A stretch of 64,000 bases of DNA from Chloroflexota bacterium (lineage in GTDB: Bacteria; Chloroflexota; Anaerolineae; UBA1429). The position numbers and the translations under genes were made by a program. A model generated the notes under the pieces. It made no database searches. It was not told where the DNA came from and worked only from the letters and a program-made list of their open reading frames with translations. The stretch lies in contig JAAYDC010000012.1 in assembly GCA_012729455.1 (NCBI GenBank), positions 78,758-142,757 on the forward strand, read 5' to 3'. Position 1 is the stretch's first letter. The number at the start of each line of letters is the position of its first letter. This document shows, one piece after another, positions 9,424 through 18,681 of this stretch.

Positions 9424-11312
9424 TGGGTTTTATCATGGGCGGGCTCGACCGCGACAGCTATGACCGCACCTACTCCGACCGCGAGCTGCTGCGCCGCATC
9501 CTGGGCTATTTCAAGCCGCAGGCACGCCGCATGGGCGTGGTTACTGCTGTTATCCTGCTCTCGTCGGTATTTGAGGGGCTAATCCCGATTATCCTTTCCA
9601 AAGTCATCGACCGCCTCGAACTGCATGCTCAGCTGCGCGAGGTGATCCTCTTTTGCGTGGCAATCATCCTGCTGCAGTCCTCCAACTGGCTGCTCAACTT
9701 TATCCGGCAGCGCTATTCAGCGCGCGCCATTGGTGATGTGGTGTTGCGGTTGCGCAAAGACGTGTTTGCAGCCGTCAGCACGCACGACCTTTCGTTTTAC
9801 GACGACCAGCCCACCGGCAAGCTGGTGAGCCGCATCACCAGCGACACTCAAGATTTTGCCATGACGATGGACCTGACGATGAACCTCGTCAGCCAGTTGG
9901 GCGGCATGATCATCGTGCTCGGGTTTGCCTTTTCGGTGAGTGTGCGCATGTCGCTCCTGATGCTGGGGATGAGCCCGATCATCATCCTGATCTCGCTCGG
10001 TTTCCGGCGTATCGCCCGCCAGGTTACCCTCAACGCGCGGCGCATCATGGCCAAGGTGAATGCCAATATCCAAGAATCAGTGAGCGGAATCGCTGTCGCC
10101 AAGGGATTTCGCCAGGAAGCCACCATGTATGCGGATTTCGACGAGCTCAACCGCCAGGCATATCGCGTAAACCTAAAACGCGGACTGGTGATGGCTACCA
10201 TCTTCCCGCTGATCGTCGGCACCTTTGGCATCGTGGCTGCCATCATGCTGTATTCCGGCGGCAGTGCGGCCCTGCGCGGATTGACAGAGCCAGCCGCTAT
10301 CGCCACCGGCGCGGCCCTTTCGGTGGGCGGATGGTACCTCTTTATGCAGGCGATGGGCATGTTCTGGTTCCCGATGACCAACATCGCCTCGTTCTGGAGC
10401 CAGTTCCAGGACGGCCTCTCGGCGGCTGAGCGCGTCTTTGCACTCATCGATGCCAACCCGCACGTGATACAGACCGATTCACAGCCCGTGCCCAGGCTGC
10501 AGGGCAAGCTCGAATTCCGCCATGTGCACCTGTCGTATACCGGCAACGAAGTTGTGCTGCCCGACTTTAACTTGCTTGTGGAAGCACGCGAATCGGTGGC
10601 ACTGGTGGGGCACACCGGCGCCGGCAAGACGAGCATCGCTCGCCTGATAGCGCGCTTTTACGAGTTCCAGGACGGCCAGATCCTGGCCGACGACCGCGAC
10701 ATCCGCACGTTTGACCTGCACCAATACCGCCGTCAGCTGGGGATTGTCCCGCAGAACCCGTTCCTGTTTTTGGGCACCGTGCTGGAAAATATCCGCTACG
10801 GCAAGCCCGAAGCCAGCGTCGAGGATGTTGAGCGCGCCGCAGCCCAGGTAGCTGGCGGCGACTGGGTGCATGCCTTACCCAACGGCATCAACACCGATGT
10901 GGGCGAACGCGGGGCCCGCCTGTCGATGGGGCAGCGCCAGCTGGTGGCGCTGGCACGCGTGATCCTGCACGATCCTTCGATCTTTATCCTCGACGAGGCT
11001 ACCGCCAGCGTCGACCCGCTCACCGAGGTGCAGATCCAGCGCGGGCTGCTCGAGGTCATGCGCAACCGCACCTCGATCGTGATCGCCCACCGCCTCTTTA
11101 CCGTGCGGCACGCTCAGCGCATCATTGTGCTTTCTCAGGGCCAGATAATCGAAGAGGGCAACCACGAGTCACTGCTCGAGCGCCGCGGCCATTATGCCGA
11201 ACTGTACGACACTTATTTCCGCCATCAATCGCTCGAATACATCGATTCCTCCCATAACCTGGATCGCCCCGACCAACCAGCATCAGCAAAGGAGCAGGAT
11301 GAGTTCAAGTAA
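9423..11312 (+). CDS. ABC exporter fused permease/ATPase, consensus-site subunit
   Basis: Start shares TGATG with the upstream stop. Walker A GHTGAGKTS, Walker B IFILDEATAS, deviant signature LSMGQRQL, H-loop IAHRLF. Confidence 0.9.
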   Translation: MGFIMGGLDRDSYDRTYSDRELLRRILGYFKPQARRMGVVTAVILLSSVFEGLIPIILSKVIDRLELHAQLREVILFCVAIILLQSSNWLLNFIRQRYSARAIGDVVLRLRKDVFAAVSTHDLSFYDDQPTGKLVSRITSDTQDFAMTMDLTMNLVSQLGGMIIVLGFAFSVSVRMSLLMLGMSPIIILISLGFRRIARQVTLNARRIMAKVNANIQESVSGIAVAKGFRQEATMYADFDELNRQAYRVNLKRGLVMATIFPLIVGTFGIVAAIMLYSGGSAALRGLTEPAAIATGAALSVGGWYLFMQAMGMFWFPMTNIASFWSQFQDGLSAAERVFALIDANPHVIQTDSQPVPRLQGKLEFRHVHLSYTGNEVVLPDFNLLVEARESVALVGHTGAGKTSIARLIARFYEFQDGQILADDRDIRTFDLHQYRRQLGIVPQNPFLFLGTVLENIRYGKPEASVEDVERAAAQVAGGDWVHALPNGINTDVGERGARLSMGQRQLVALARVILHDPSIFILDEATASVDPLTEVQIQRGLLEVMRNRTSIVIAHRLFTVRHAQRIIVLSQGQIIEEGNHESLLERRGHYAELYDTYFRHQSLEYIDSSHNLDRPDQPASAKEQDEFK

Positions 11313-13230
11313 ATTCGTGATCCGCACCCTGGGGGATGCCCCCGCCATCCAATTCGCCGCCAGTGAGCTGCAGCGCTACATCAGCCAGATGACGGGTAAC
11401 CAGGTGCAGCCGGTTATCCAGCCGGCCAAGGAATACGCGCCGGACTCGGATAGCCTGTGGCTGGTCTCGGCCGGATGCGCCTCGCAGGCGCTAGCAGAGC
11501 GCCTGCCCAAAGTGCCCGATAGCCGATGGGATGACGCCTATGTGGCCGAGGTCACCAACGGCAAGGGCACTATCCTTGGCAACAACCCGCGCAGCGTGCT
11601 GATCGGCGCCTATGCCCTGCTGACGGCGGCCGGCTGCCGCTGGGTGCGCCCCGGCAAAGACGGTGAAGTAATCCCTTCAGCCGGCATCGAGCAGCTGACG
11701 CTGAACAAGACATCGGCGGCTTCTTACCGTCACCGCGGTATCTGCATCGAGGGCGCCATAAGCTACGAAAACGTGGCCGATATCATCGACTTTGCGCCCA
11801 AGGTTGGCTACAATGCCTACTTTACCCAGTTCCGCGAATCCTATACCTTTTTCGAGCGCTGGTATCACCACACAGACAACCCCAACCGCAAGCCCGAGGA
11901 GTTCTCTGTCGAGATGGCGCGCGACTTTTTACGGCGCGCTCAGGCTGAGATGCAAAAGCGTGGCATGATATACCACGCCGTCGGCCACGGCTGGACCTGT
12001 GAACCTTTTGGCATCGCCGGGCTGGGCTGGGAATCCAAGGATTACGACATCAGCGACGAGGTGCGTTCTCACCTGGCTGAGGTCAATGGCGTGCGCGATA
12101 TCTGGCACGGGGTGCCGCTCAACACCAACCTGTGCTATTCGAACCCTGTGGTGCGCCAAAAGGTCGTCGAGAACATTGCCGAGTACTGCGCTGCCAACCC
12201 GCAGGTGGATGTGGTGCATTTCTGGTTGGCGGATGATTCAAACAACCAGTGCGAATGCGCCAATTGCCGTCATACACGGCCGTCCGATTTTTATGTGATG
12301 ATGCTCAACGAACTCGACGCGCTGATAACCGAGCGCGGCATTCCGACACGAGTGGTGTTTTTGATTTATGTCGACCTGTTGTGGCCGCCCAAGCAGCAAG
12401 AGCTCGTTAACCAGGAGCGCTTTATCCTGATGTTTGCGCCGATCACGCGCTCCTATACCACGCCATTCAGCGTCGAGGGCGAACTGCCTGAATTGCCTCC
12501 CTTTGAGCTCAACCGCCTTAAATTCCCCAAAAACGTGACGGAGAACGTGGCCTTTTTAAAGGCCTGGCAGGAGCATTTTTCGGGTGACAGCTTTGACTTT
12601 GATTACCACCTCATGTGGGATCACTTCAACGACCCGTCCTATGTCTCGACGGCCGCCATCCTGGGCGAAGACGCGCGCCGGCTGGAGGCTATCGGCCTGA
12701 ACGGCTACATGAGCTGCCAGCTGCAGCGCATCTTTTTCCCGACAGGCCTGCCAATGGCGGTCCTGGGGAGCATCCTGTGGGATAAGACCGCCGACTATGA
12801 CACGATCGCCAACGACTACTATGCAGCGTCCTTTGGCCAGGGCTGGCAGGATACCAAACAATATCTCGAAACGCTCTCGCAGCTCTTTTGCCCGCCCTAT
12901 ATCCGCGGCGAGCGTCCGGTGATCGATGCCGAGGTGGCCGAGGGCCTGGCCAGGATCCGCAGCGTAGTGGAAGGCTTCAAGCCGACCATCGCCACGCAGC
13001 AACAGATCGCGGTTGGCAGCCAGAAAAAGTCGTGGGATTACCTGGCGACGCATGCCGATTGTTGCATCATGCTTGCGCAGGCGCTCCTGCAGCGCGCTCA
13101 GGGCAATCAGGAGGGCGCTAAAGCCACCTGGCAGGAACTGGTCAAGTTCGTGTGGGATCAGGAGCCCAACTTGCAGCCGGTGTTGGATACCTACCTGTTT
13201 GTAAGGACGATGGGCCGGCTCTTTGCCTGA
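11299..13230 (+). CDS. DUF4838-like protein (GH20-type N-terminal fold; putative glycan-active enzyme)
   Basis: Start at ATG 11299 (AGGAG upstream), overlapping the ABC gene end by 14 nt. The pattern KFVIR..AAxELQxYI, GNNPRSVLIGAYALL and RHRGICIEG resembles DUF4838 proteins. Assignment is from memory of the family. Confidence 0.55.
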   Translation: MSSSKFVIRTLGDAPAIQFAASELQRYISQMTGNQVQPVIQPAKEYAPDSDSLWLVSAGCASQALAERLPKVPDSRWDDAYVAEVTNGKGTILGNNPRSVLIGAYALLTAAGCRWVRPGKDGEVIPSAGIEQLTLNKTSAASYRHRGICIEGAISYENVADIIDFAPKVGYNAYFTQFRESYTFFERWYHHTDNPNRKPEEFSVEMARDFLRRAQAEMQKRGMIYHAVGHGWTCEPFGIAGLGWESKDYDISDEVRSHLAEVNGVRDIWHGVPLNTNLCYSNPVVRQKVVENIAEYCAANPQVDVVHFWLADDSNNQCECANCRHTRPSDFYVMMLNELDALITERGIPTRVVFLIYVDLLWPPKQQELVNQERFILMFAPITRSYTTPFSVEGELPELPPFELNRLKFPKNVTENVAFLKAWQEHFSGDSFDFDYHLMWDHFNDPSYVSTAAILGEDARRLEAIGLNGYMSCQLQRIFFPTGLPMAVLGSILWDKTADYDTIANDYYAASFGQGWQDTKQYLETLSQLFCPPYIRGERPVIDAEVAEGLARIRSVVEGFKPTIATQQQIAVGSQKKSWDYLATHADCCIMLAQALLQRAQGNQEGAKATWQELVKFVWDQEPNLQPVLDTYLFVRTMGRLFA

Positions 13231-13232
13231 GG

Positions 13233-13760
13233 CTAGCTGGCTAACTCTGTATAGCCATCCCGGGCGATCTCCTTGGTATAGATCACCTTGGCATCGCCCG
13301 GGGCATAAAAGTTGTTGATGCGCGCCGTCTTGCGATAGCCGCGGCGCAGGTAAAACTGGCAGGTAGGCCGGTATTGGTTGCTGCCCGACGTTTCGATGCA
13401 GATCAGGTGCCCACCCGCCTCGCGGATGTTTTCTTCGGCAAAATGCAACAAAAGCGACCCGTATCCCATCTTGTGGTGGTGATTCTCGACCGCCAGCCAA
13501 TAGATATCATAGGTGCCGCGCGTCCCGGGGGTTGCACCCCAGCAGATCCACCCCAGCACAGCATCGCCTTCTGCCAGCACAAACGATTGATAGGCGCTCG
13601 TGCCATGCGGATGCAGGGCATCATCGAACACCTCAAGGGCAACCAGGATTTCCTCCTCGCGAAAAAAGCCGGTACCCCTCAGCAAGGTCTCTACCAGAGG
13701 ACGATCATATTGGGTGGAACATCGAATCGTAGCCCCCAGAGGGGTCTCTGTTTCACGCAT
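13233..13760 (-). CDS. GNAT family N-acetyltransferase
   Basis: Acetyl-CoA motif region LAVENHHHKMGYGSLLLHFAEE plus FYLRRGY. ATG 13760 overlaps the upstream stop (ATGCGTGA). Confidence 0.8.
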   Translation of the reverse strand: MRETETPLGATIRCSTQYDRPLVETLLRGTGFFREEEILVALEVFDDALHPHGTSAYQSFVLAEGDAVLGWICWGATPGTRGTYDIYWLAVENHHHKMGYGSLLLHFAEENIREAGGHLICIETSGSNQYRPTCQFYLRRGYRKTARINNFYAPGDAKVIYTKEIARDGYTELAS

Positions 13761-14352
13761 TAATCGCCTCAGGCAGATCCAGCCTGGCACGGGCATTGCT
13801 CACGATCGTCTCGATAAACGCATCGTAACTGAGCCCATCCGCCGACAATGCGGCGGTAAAGCCGGCATCCGGTGAGATATCGGGGTTGGGGTTGATCTCT
13901 AACACGTAGGGTATCGTGCCCTCCAGCCTGAAATCGACGCGTGCGTAATCGCGGCAGCCGATAGCGTGCCAGGCTGCCAACGCTGTACGCCGGACCGCTG
14001 CGGCGGCAAAGAGAGCCTTGGCGCGCTGTTTATCCAACCCCAGCATCAGCGCCAGGGTGCCGTTGCCGGTGCAGCTGCGGCCAAAGGCGCGACATACAGC
14101 CGGCACCAGCGAGGCATCCTGAATGCCCGATGACAGGTACTCCACCAGGTTGATCACCACCCGCTCGTCGTAGCGCGGCAGCGCCGCTGCCAGCTCATCC
14201 AGGCAGGTGATGCTGAGGATGCGTGCGCGTATCCCCAGGCGATTCAGGCTGGAGCACACCGCTGCGACCTCCTCAAGGATGCCTACATCGCTCTCGCCGT
14301 CGCCAGCCAGCGGGGCATTATAGAGCACCAGAACGTCCGACACGGTCTGCAT
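13753..14352 (-). CDS. Ddl-like ATP-grasp homolog lacking the central ATP-grasp domain
   Basis: 199 aa. Its N-domain aligns to the adjacent 326-aa paralog up to GLDKQRAKALF. It then jumps directly to the C-terminal CRDYARVDFRL...YVLEINPNPDISP block, so about 125 aa are missing in frame. Confidence 0.65.
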   Translation of the reverse strand: MQTVSDVLVLYNAPLAGDGESDVGILEEVAAVCSSLNRLGIRARILSITCLDELAAALPRYDERVVINLVEYLSSGIQDASLVPAVCRAFGRSCTGNGTLALMLGLDKQRAKALFAAAAVRRTALAAWHAIGCRDYARVDFRLEGTIPYVLEINPNPDISPDAGFTAALSADGLSYDAFIETIVSNARARLDLPEAINA

Positions 14353-15332
14353 CAGGCACCGTCCTGACGCGCCAGAGCCGCCTGAATGACCCTGCCGATC
14401 AACTCGCGATAGGTGACGCCGGCACGATAGGCGATCATTGGCAGATCCGAATGAATCGGGTTCAGCCCGGGCAGCGGGTTAACCTCGAGAAAGTTGGGCG
14501 TGCCGCCAGTGTCCAGGCGGATATCGACCCGCGCGGCGTCGCGGCAGTCAAGTGCGTGGTAACTCGCCAGCGCCAGCTGCGAAACGGCTTGTGCCACCTC
14601 GGGCTCGCCCGGTACGCCATAGTGCACCAGCTTTTGCCAGTTTTCCTTGTTCTCATAGCTGTAGACCGCATCGTGCGAGGCCTGTACCAGCACTTCGAGC
14701 ATCCCCAGCACGTTCGCCTGCGCGCCGTTACCTGTGATGCCAACGGTGAACTCGCGCCCGGGCAGGTAGGTCTCTATCAACACGGGTTGGTTGAATTCCT
14801 GCAGCAGTGCCGCGACAGTGCGTCGCAGCTCGGTTGTATCTCCCACGCGTGATGCCGTGCTGATGCCCTTGCCGGTGCCCTCGGCCAGTGGTTTGGCAAA
14901 CAGCGGATAGGGCAAGGCGACGCTAGCGAGATCTTCGACACTGCGCGCCACGGCGAAATCGGCGGTCGGAAGGCCGTGGGAGCGTACCAACTGCTTGGTA
15001 ACGGCTTTATCCAGAGTAACCGCGCACACCAGCGGGTCCGAAAAGGTATAGGGGATGCCATACAGCTCGAGGATGGCCGGCACCTGCGCCTCGCGGCTAC
15101 GTCCCTGCAAGCCTTCGGCGATGTTGAACACCAAGTCCCAGCGTTCGCCGTGCTCCAGACTATTGATAAGGGCGCGAGCGTGACCGATGCGCACAGGCAG
15201 AGCGCCAAATGCCGCGATAGCGTCTTCGATAGCGCGAATGGTCAGATCCGAATCAAACTCGGCGGTATCGGCCTCTGAGTATCCCAGGGCGAGATAGTCG
15301 CTGCGCAGATCATAGGTCATGCCAATGCGCAT
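14352..15332 (-). CDS. D-alanine--D-alanine ligase family ATP-grasp ligase (substrates unknown)
   Basis: 326 aa with LDKAVTKQL, YPLFAKPLAEGTGKGI, VLIETYLPGREFTVGI and CRDAARVDIRLD...FLEVNPLPGL, typical of Ddl-type ATP-grasp enzymes. Confidence 0.8.
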   Translation of the reverse strand: MRIGMTYDLRSDYLALGYSEADTAEFDSDLTIRAIEDAIAAFGALPVRIGHARALINSLEHGERWDLVFNIAEGLQGRSREAQVPAILELYGIPYTFSDPLVCAVTLDKAVTKQLVRSHGLPTADFAVARSVEDLASVALPYPLFAKPLAEGTGKGISTASRVGDTTELRRTVAALLQEFNQPVLIETYLPGREFTVGITGNGAQANVLGMLEVLVQASHDAVYSYENKENWQKLVHYGVPGEPEVAQAVSQLALASYHALDCRDAARVDIRLDTGGTPNFLEVNPLPGLNPIHSDLPMIAYRAGVTYRELIGRVIQAALARQDGA

Positions 15333-15361
15333 GCTGGATGTACTCCGTGGGTGTGATGAGG

Positions 15362-16651
15362 CTAACTGCCGTGGCGCAGCTTGCGGCGCTGAATGCGGCT
15401 GCTATCGGCGGGATAGATGGCGCTGGCCTTGCCAGAGACGAGTTCCCACACGCCGGGCTGGGGCACCTCGCCGCCGCCCTCGCGACGATGCGTGGCCTGC
15501 CCCAGGTCGGGTTCAGGGTAGCTCACCAGCATGCCTTCACAGTTACGCAGCACCGTATGCGTCGGGCTCATCGAGACGATATAGTTGGGCATCAACGGGA
15601 TTTTGCCACCGCCGTGCGGAGCATCGACCACAAAAGTTGGGATCGCCAGGCCGCTCAGACGCCCGCGCAGGTACTCCATAATCTCGAGCCCGCGCGTGAG
15701 CGGGGTGCGGAAGTGCTCGACCCCGCGCACCAGATCGCACTGATAGAGGTAATAGGGGCGCACGCGTATAGCCACCAACTCGCGGCAAAGCGTTTCGATG
15801 ATCTCGGGCTGGTCATTGACGCCGCGCAGTAGTACCGACTGGTTGCCCAGCGGAAAGCCGGCATCTGCCAGCGCAGCGCAGGCAGCCCGCGATGCAGGGG
15901 TGATCTCGACGGGATGGTTAAAATGGGTGTTGATCCAGATCGGCTGGTAACGGCGCAGCATGGCAACCAGCTCGGGGGTGATGCGCATCGGCATAGTGAC
16001 GGGCACGCGTGTGCCGATGCGGATAATCTGTACACTCGGTATGCTGCGCACAGCAGATAGCACGCACTCGAGCTGGTGGTCGGAGAGGACCAGCGGGTCG
16101 CCACCCGAGAGGATCACGTCGCTGACATCGGGATGCTCCCTCAGGTAGGCCACTGCCTGCTCGAGATGGGCCTGGCTGATGGTCTCTTCTACCACGCCCA
16201 CCTCGCGCTTGCGCGTGCAATGCCGGCAGTACATGGCGCAGGCACTGCTGATGATAAACAGGGCGCGGTCAGGATAGCGGCGGATCAGCCCCGGCACGGG
16301 CATGTCGTCGTGCTCTTCGAGTGGATCATCCGAGACATAAGGCGAATTGACCAGCTCAAACAGCTGCGGCACGCTCATCTGGTAAATCGGGTCGGAGACA
16401 CCCGGGCTGCGCATTAGCCCGGCATAATAGGGCGTGATCGCCATCGGAAAGCGCTCAGCGGCACGCATGACATCGTCGGGATCCAGGGCGGGCATATAGC
16501 GGCGCAGGTCGTCGGCCGAGCGGATACGGTGCTGCATCTGCCAGATCCAGCTGTTCCATTCGGCATGCTGGCCGGGAGGCTCATCCTCCGCCGCAGAGGA
16601 AGGTTCCTTGCTATCCTGCTCAACGCTCAGAACAGTCTGTTCGTCAACCAT
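15362..16651 (-). CDS. kamA: lysine 2,3-aminomutase (KamA family radical SAM/PLP enzyme)
   Basis: WNSWIWQMQHRI N-terminal signature, radical SAM CAMYCRHCTRK, PLP-lysine block APHGGGKIP, C-terminal VLRNCEGMLVSYPEP. Collinear with clostridial KamA. Confidence 0.9.
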   Translation of the reverse strand: MVDEQTVLSVEQDSKEPSSAAEDEPPGQHAEWNSWIWQMQHRIRSADDLRRYMPALDPDDVMRAAERFPMAITPYYAGLMRSPGVSDPIYQMSVPQLFELVNSPYVSDDPLEEHDDMPVPGLIRRYPDRALFIISSACAMYCRHCTRKREVGVVEETISQAHLEQAVAYLREHPDVSDVILSGGDPLVLSDHQLECVLSAVRSIPSVQIIRIGTRVPVTMPMRITPELVAMLRRYQPIWINTHFNHPVEITPASRAACAALADAGFPLGNQSVLLRGVNDQPEIIETLCRELVAIRVRPYYLYQCDLVRGVEHFRTPLTRGLEIMEYLRGRLSGLAIPTFVVDAPHGGGKIPLMPNYIVSMSPTHTVLRNCEGMLVSYPEPDLGQATHRREGGGEVPQPGVWELVSGKASAIYPADSSRIQRRKLRHGS

Positions 16652-16929
16652 CAGTATGTGAGCCTCTCCCTGCCGGATGTGCTGGAGCGCGCTGCGACAG
16701 CACTCAAGTCCTGGTTACGTTTGGTGAAGGTCTATCGAGCTTGAGCGCTGCTCTTCGCCCAATCAGTCTGATGTGGCGCGCCCCGCGTAATGAGGTTACT
16801 ACCGGATCGGTTGCTCTGGCCACAACGAAGGGAAACCGCATGCGAATCGCACTTATGGCTCATATGATATACATGTACCCGGTGCTGTCAAGATTTTTAG
16901 GCTGTATGGAGCCAGCCGCCGGCTTGTGC

Positions 16930-16935
16930 TATACT
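16930..16935 (+). promoter_or_regulatory. candidate extended -10 element (TGcTATACT) for the 16988-21019 operon
   Basis: TATACT is preceded by TGC, about 50 nt upstream of GTG 16988. No convincing -35 element. Confidence 0.35.
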
Positions 16936-16987
16936 AGCTCAGTAGGCGGCAAACAGCCCCACCTGCCCGAAACGATCGAGGTCAAGC

Positions 16988-17611
16988 GTGCGCAGAACGA
17001 TTTATTATCTGGCGGCCAGCATCAGCGGGTTGCTGGTGGCAGCGAGTTATCTGGTGCGGGCCTTTTGGCTCGACCAGGCCTCTGCTATCCTGCAGGAAGG
17101 CGCATTGATCCTGTTGGGATTCGCCGGCATCGCGCTGGCCGCTCGGGCGGCAACTATGGTGCAGCGCCGCATCCAGCACAACCCTGCTGCCCGCTGGTAT
17201 GGCGGTCTGGCGATCGCTGCGTTCGCCGTCACCCTTGTGGTGGTGCTGGCAGATGGCAGCGGGACATATAGTGGCCTGATCGGCAACGCCATCCTGCTGC
17301 CCGGTCTAGGCGCCCTGGCTGCTGTGGCGTTCTTTTACCTGGTGCAGTGGGGCTTGCAGTTGATCGGCTTACGGCTGGCTTCGGCCGCGCTCCTGGCACT
17401 CGGTACCATCGCGGCTTTGCTGCTGGCCAACCCCCTATTGGCAGCCTACTGGCCAGCGGCAGAAACTGTGCGTATCTGGCTGATTGAGGTCCCGCTAGCC
17501 GCGGTGCTGCGCGCCGTGCTGCTGGGCATGGTGATCTGGGGTATCCCCCAAGGGGTGCGCAGCGCCATTGTGGCGCTCGCACCGCGTCCATCTGACCAGG
17601 AGCAGCCCTGA
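16988..17611 (+). CDS. polytopic membrane protein, unknown function
   Basis: 207 aa with about 6 hydrophobic helices. GTG start with GAGG upstream. Its stop shares TGATG with the next gene. Confidence 0.6.
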   Translation: MRRTIYYLAASISGLLVAASYLVRAFWLDQASAILQEGALILLGFAGIALAARAATMVQRRIQHNPAARWYGGLAIAAFAVTLVVVLADGSGTYSGLIGNAILLPGLGALAAVAFFYLVQWGLQLIGLRLASAALLALGTIAALLLANPLLAAYWPAAETVRIWLIEVPLAAVLRAVLLGMVIWGIPQGVRSAIVALAPRPSDQEQP

Positions 17612-18681
17612 TGGTGATCTGCCCCACCTGCAAAGCGCATAACGACAGCAAAGATCATCGCTGCAGCGTGTGCGGCGGCAACCTCGCGGGCGCCCGTTTG
17701 CGGGTCTGTCCCAACTGCGGCACCCCCAACCTGCTGTGCGACCTCTATTGCATCCAATGCCTGCAACTGCTGCCAGCTGCCGAACTCGAGACAGCTGCCT
17801 TTCTAAAGGATAGCAGTTCTGCTGACCTGACACCTGATCCGCTCGCCATGGTAACCCAGGGCTTGCCCGAAGCGCGCCTCGACTTTAGCCCCGCCCAAAC
17901 CCACGACCCCGAGGATAGCGCCCAACCCCTCCCGCCGATTCCAGCCGAATCGCGGTTGCCTGCCTTGCTGCAGCTGCCGTGCGGCTTGCGCTTGATACTG
18001 GTTCTGTTACTGCTGGGAGCCTGTCTGATGCCGATGGTCTGGCGCGACGATCCGCAGGCTTTGGCCGACCAAGCAGTGGCCGAGGTGCTAGAACCGATCG
18101 CACCGAACAGCACGGTACTGGTGGCGATCGAATACGGGCCGGCTTATGCTGGCGAGTTACAACCGATGGCCGAGGCATTGCTGGACGGTCTGACGGAGCG
18201 TGGTACAGTCAGTGTGCTGGTCACCAGCCATCCGCTGGGCATGGCTAACCTGGAGCGTCTGGCCGCCGGCCACGAGGGTGCGGTCAACCTGGGCTATGTG
18301 CTTGGCGGCGCGCTGGGATTGCGGCTGATGTACGGTCAACCTAGCGGGTGTATGCCGCCAGCCGCCTCGCGCGCCCCGCTCGGGCAGATGGTGGTAATCG
18401 CCCAGTCGCCGGTGGGCGTGCAGCGCTGGCTCGAACAGGTCCAGAGTACCCAGCGCATGCAGGTATTGGCGCTAGTGAGCGCGCAAGCCGAGTTGGCACT
18501 TGAACCGTACCGCGCCAGCAGCCAGCTCAGCCGGCTGTATAGCCCTGCCTCACTCGCGCTTCAAGAGCCTGTGCAAACCGCCCAGACAGGCTGGGGCGTT
18601 GGCCTGGGGATGCTCCTGGTTGTGATCGTAGCCGGAGCGGTGTCTATCTGCTTGCTGGCTCGCAGGCGCGGAGCGCTGTGA
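17611..18681 (+). CDS. double zinc-ribbon protein with two TM helices flanking an extracytoplasmic domain
   Basis: N-terminal CPTC-x13-CSVC and CPNC-x12-CIQC pairs, then an acidic/Pro-rich linker. TM helix LILVLLLLGACLM, a ~200-aa domain, and C-terminal TM LLVVIVAGAVSICLL. Confidence 0.65.
   Translation: MVICPTCKAHNDSKDHRCSVCGGNLAGARLRVCPNCGTPNLLCDLYCIQCLQLLPAAELETAAFLKDSSSADLTPDPLAMVTQGLPEARLDFSPAQTHDPEDSAQPLPPIPAESRLPALLQLPCGLRLILVLLLLGACLMPMVWRDDPQALADQAVAEVLEPIAPNSTVLVAIEYGPAYAGELQPMAEALLDGLTERGTVSVLVTSHPLGMANLERLAAGHEGAVNLGYVLGGALGLRLMYGQPSGCMPPAASRAPLGQMVVIAQSPVGVQRWLEQVQSTQRMQVLALVSAQAELALEPYRASSQLSRLYSPASLALQEPVQTAQTGWGVGLGMLLVVIVAGAVSICLLARRRGAL

Noticed and set aside
16652-16800. 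Lysine riboswitch (L-box) or other leader upstream of kamA.
   Set aside because: Reading the reverse complement, I could not recognise the conserved L-box core or a terminator/antiterminator pair. Only an RBS (GGGAGAGG) is evident. A covariance-model scan would be needed for certainty.
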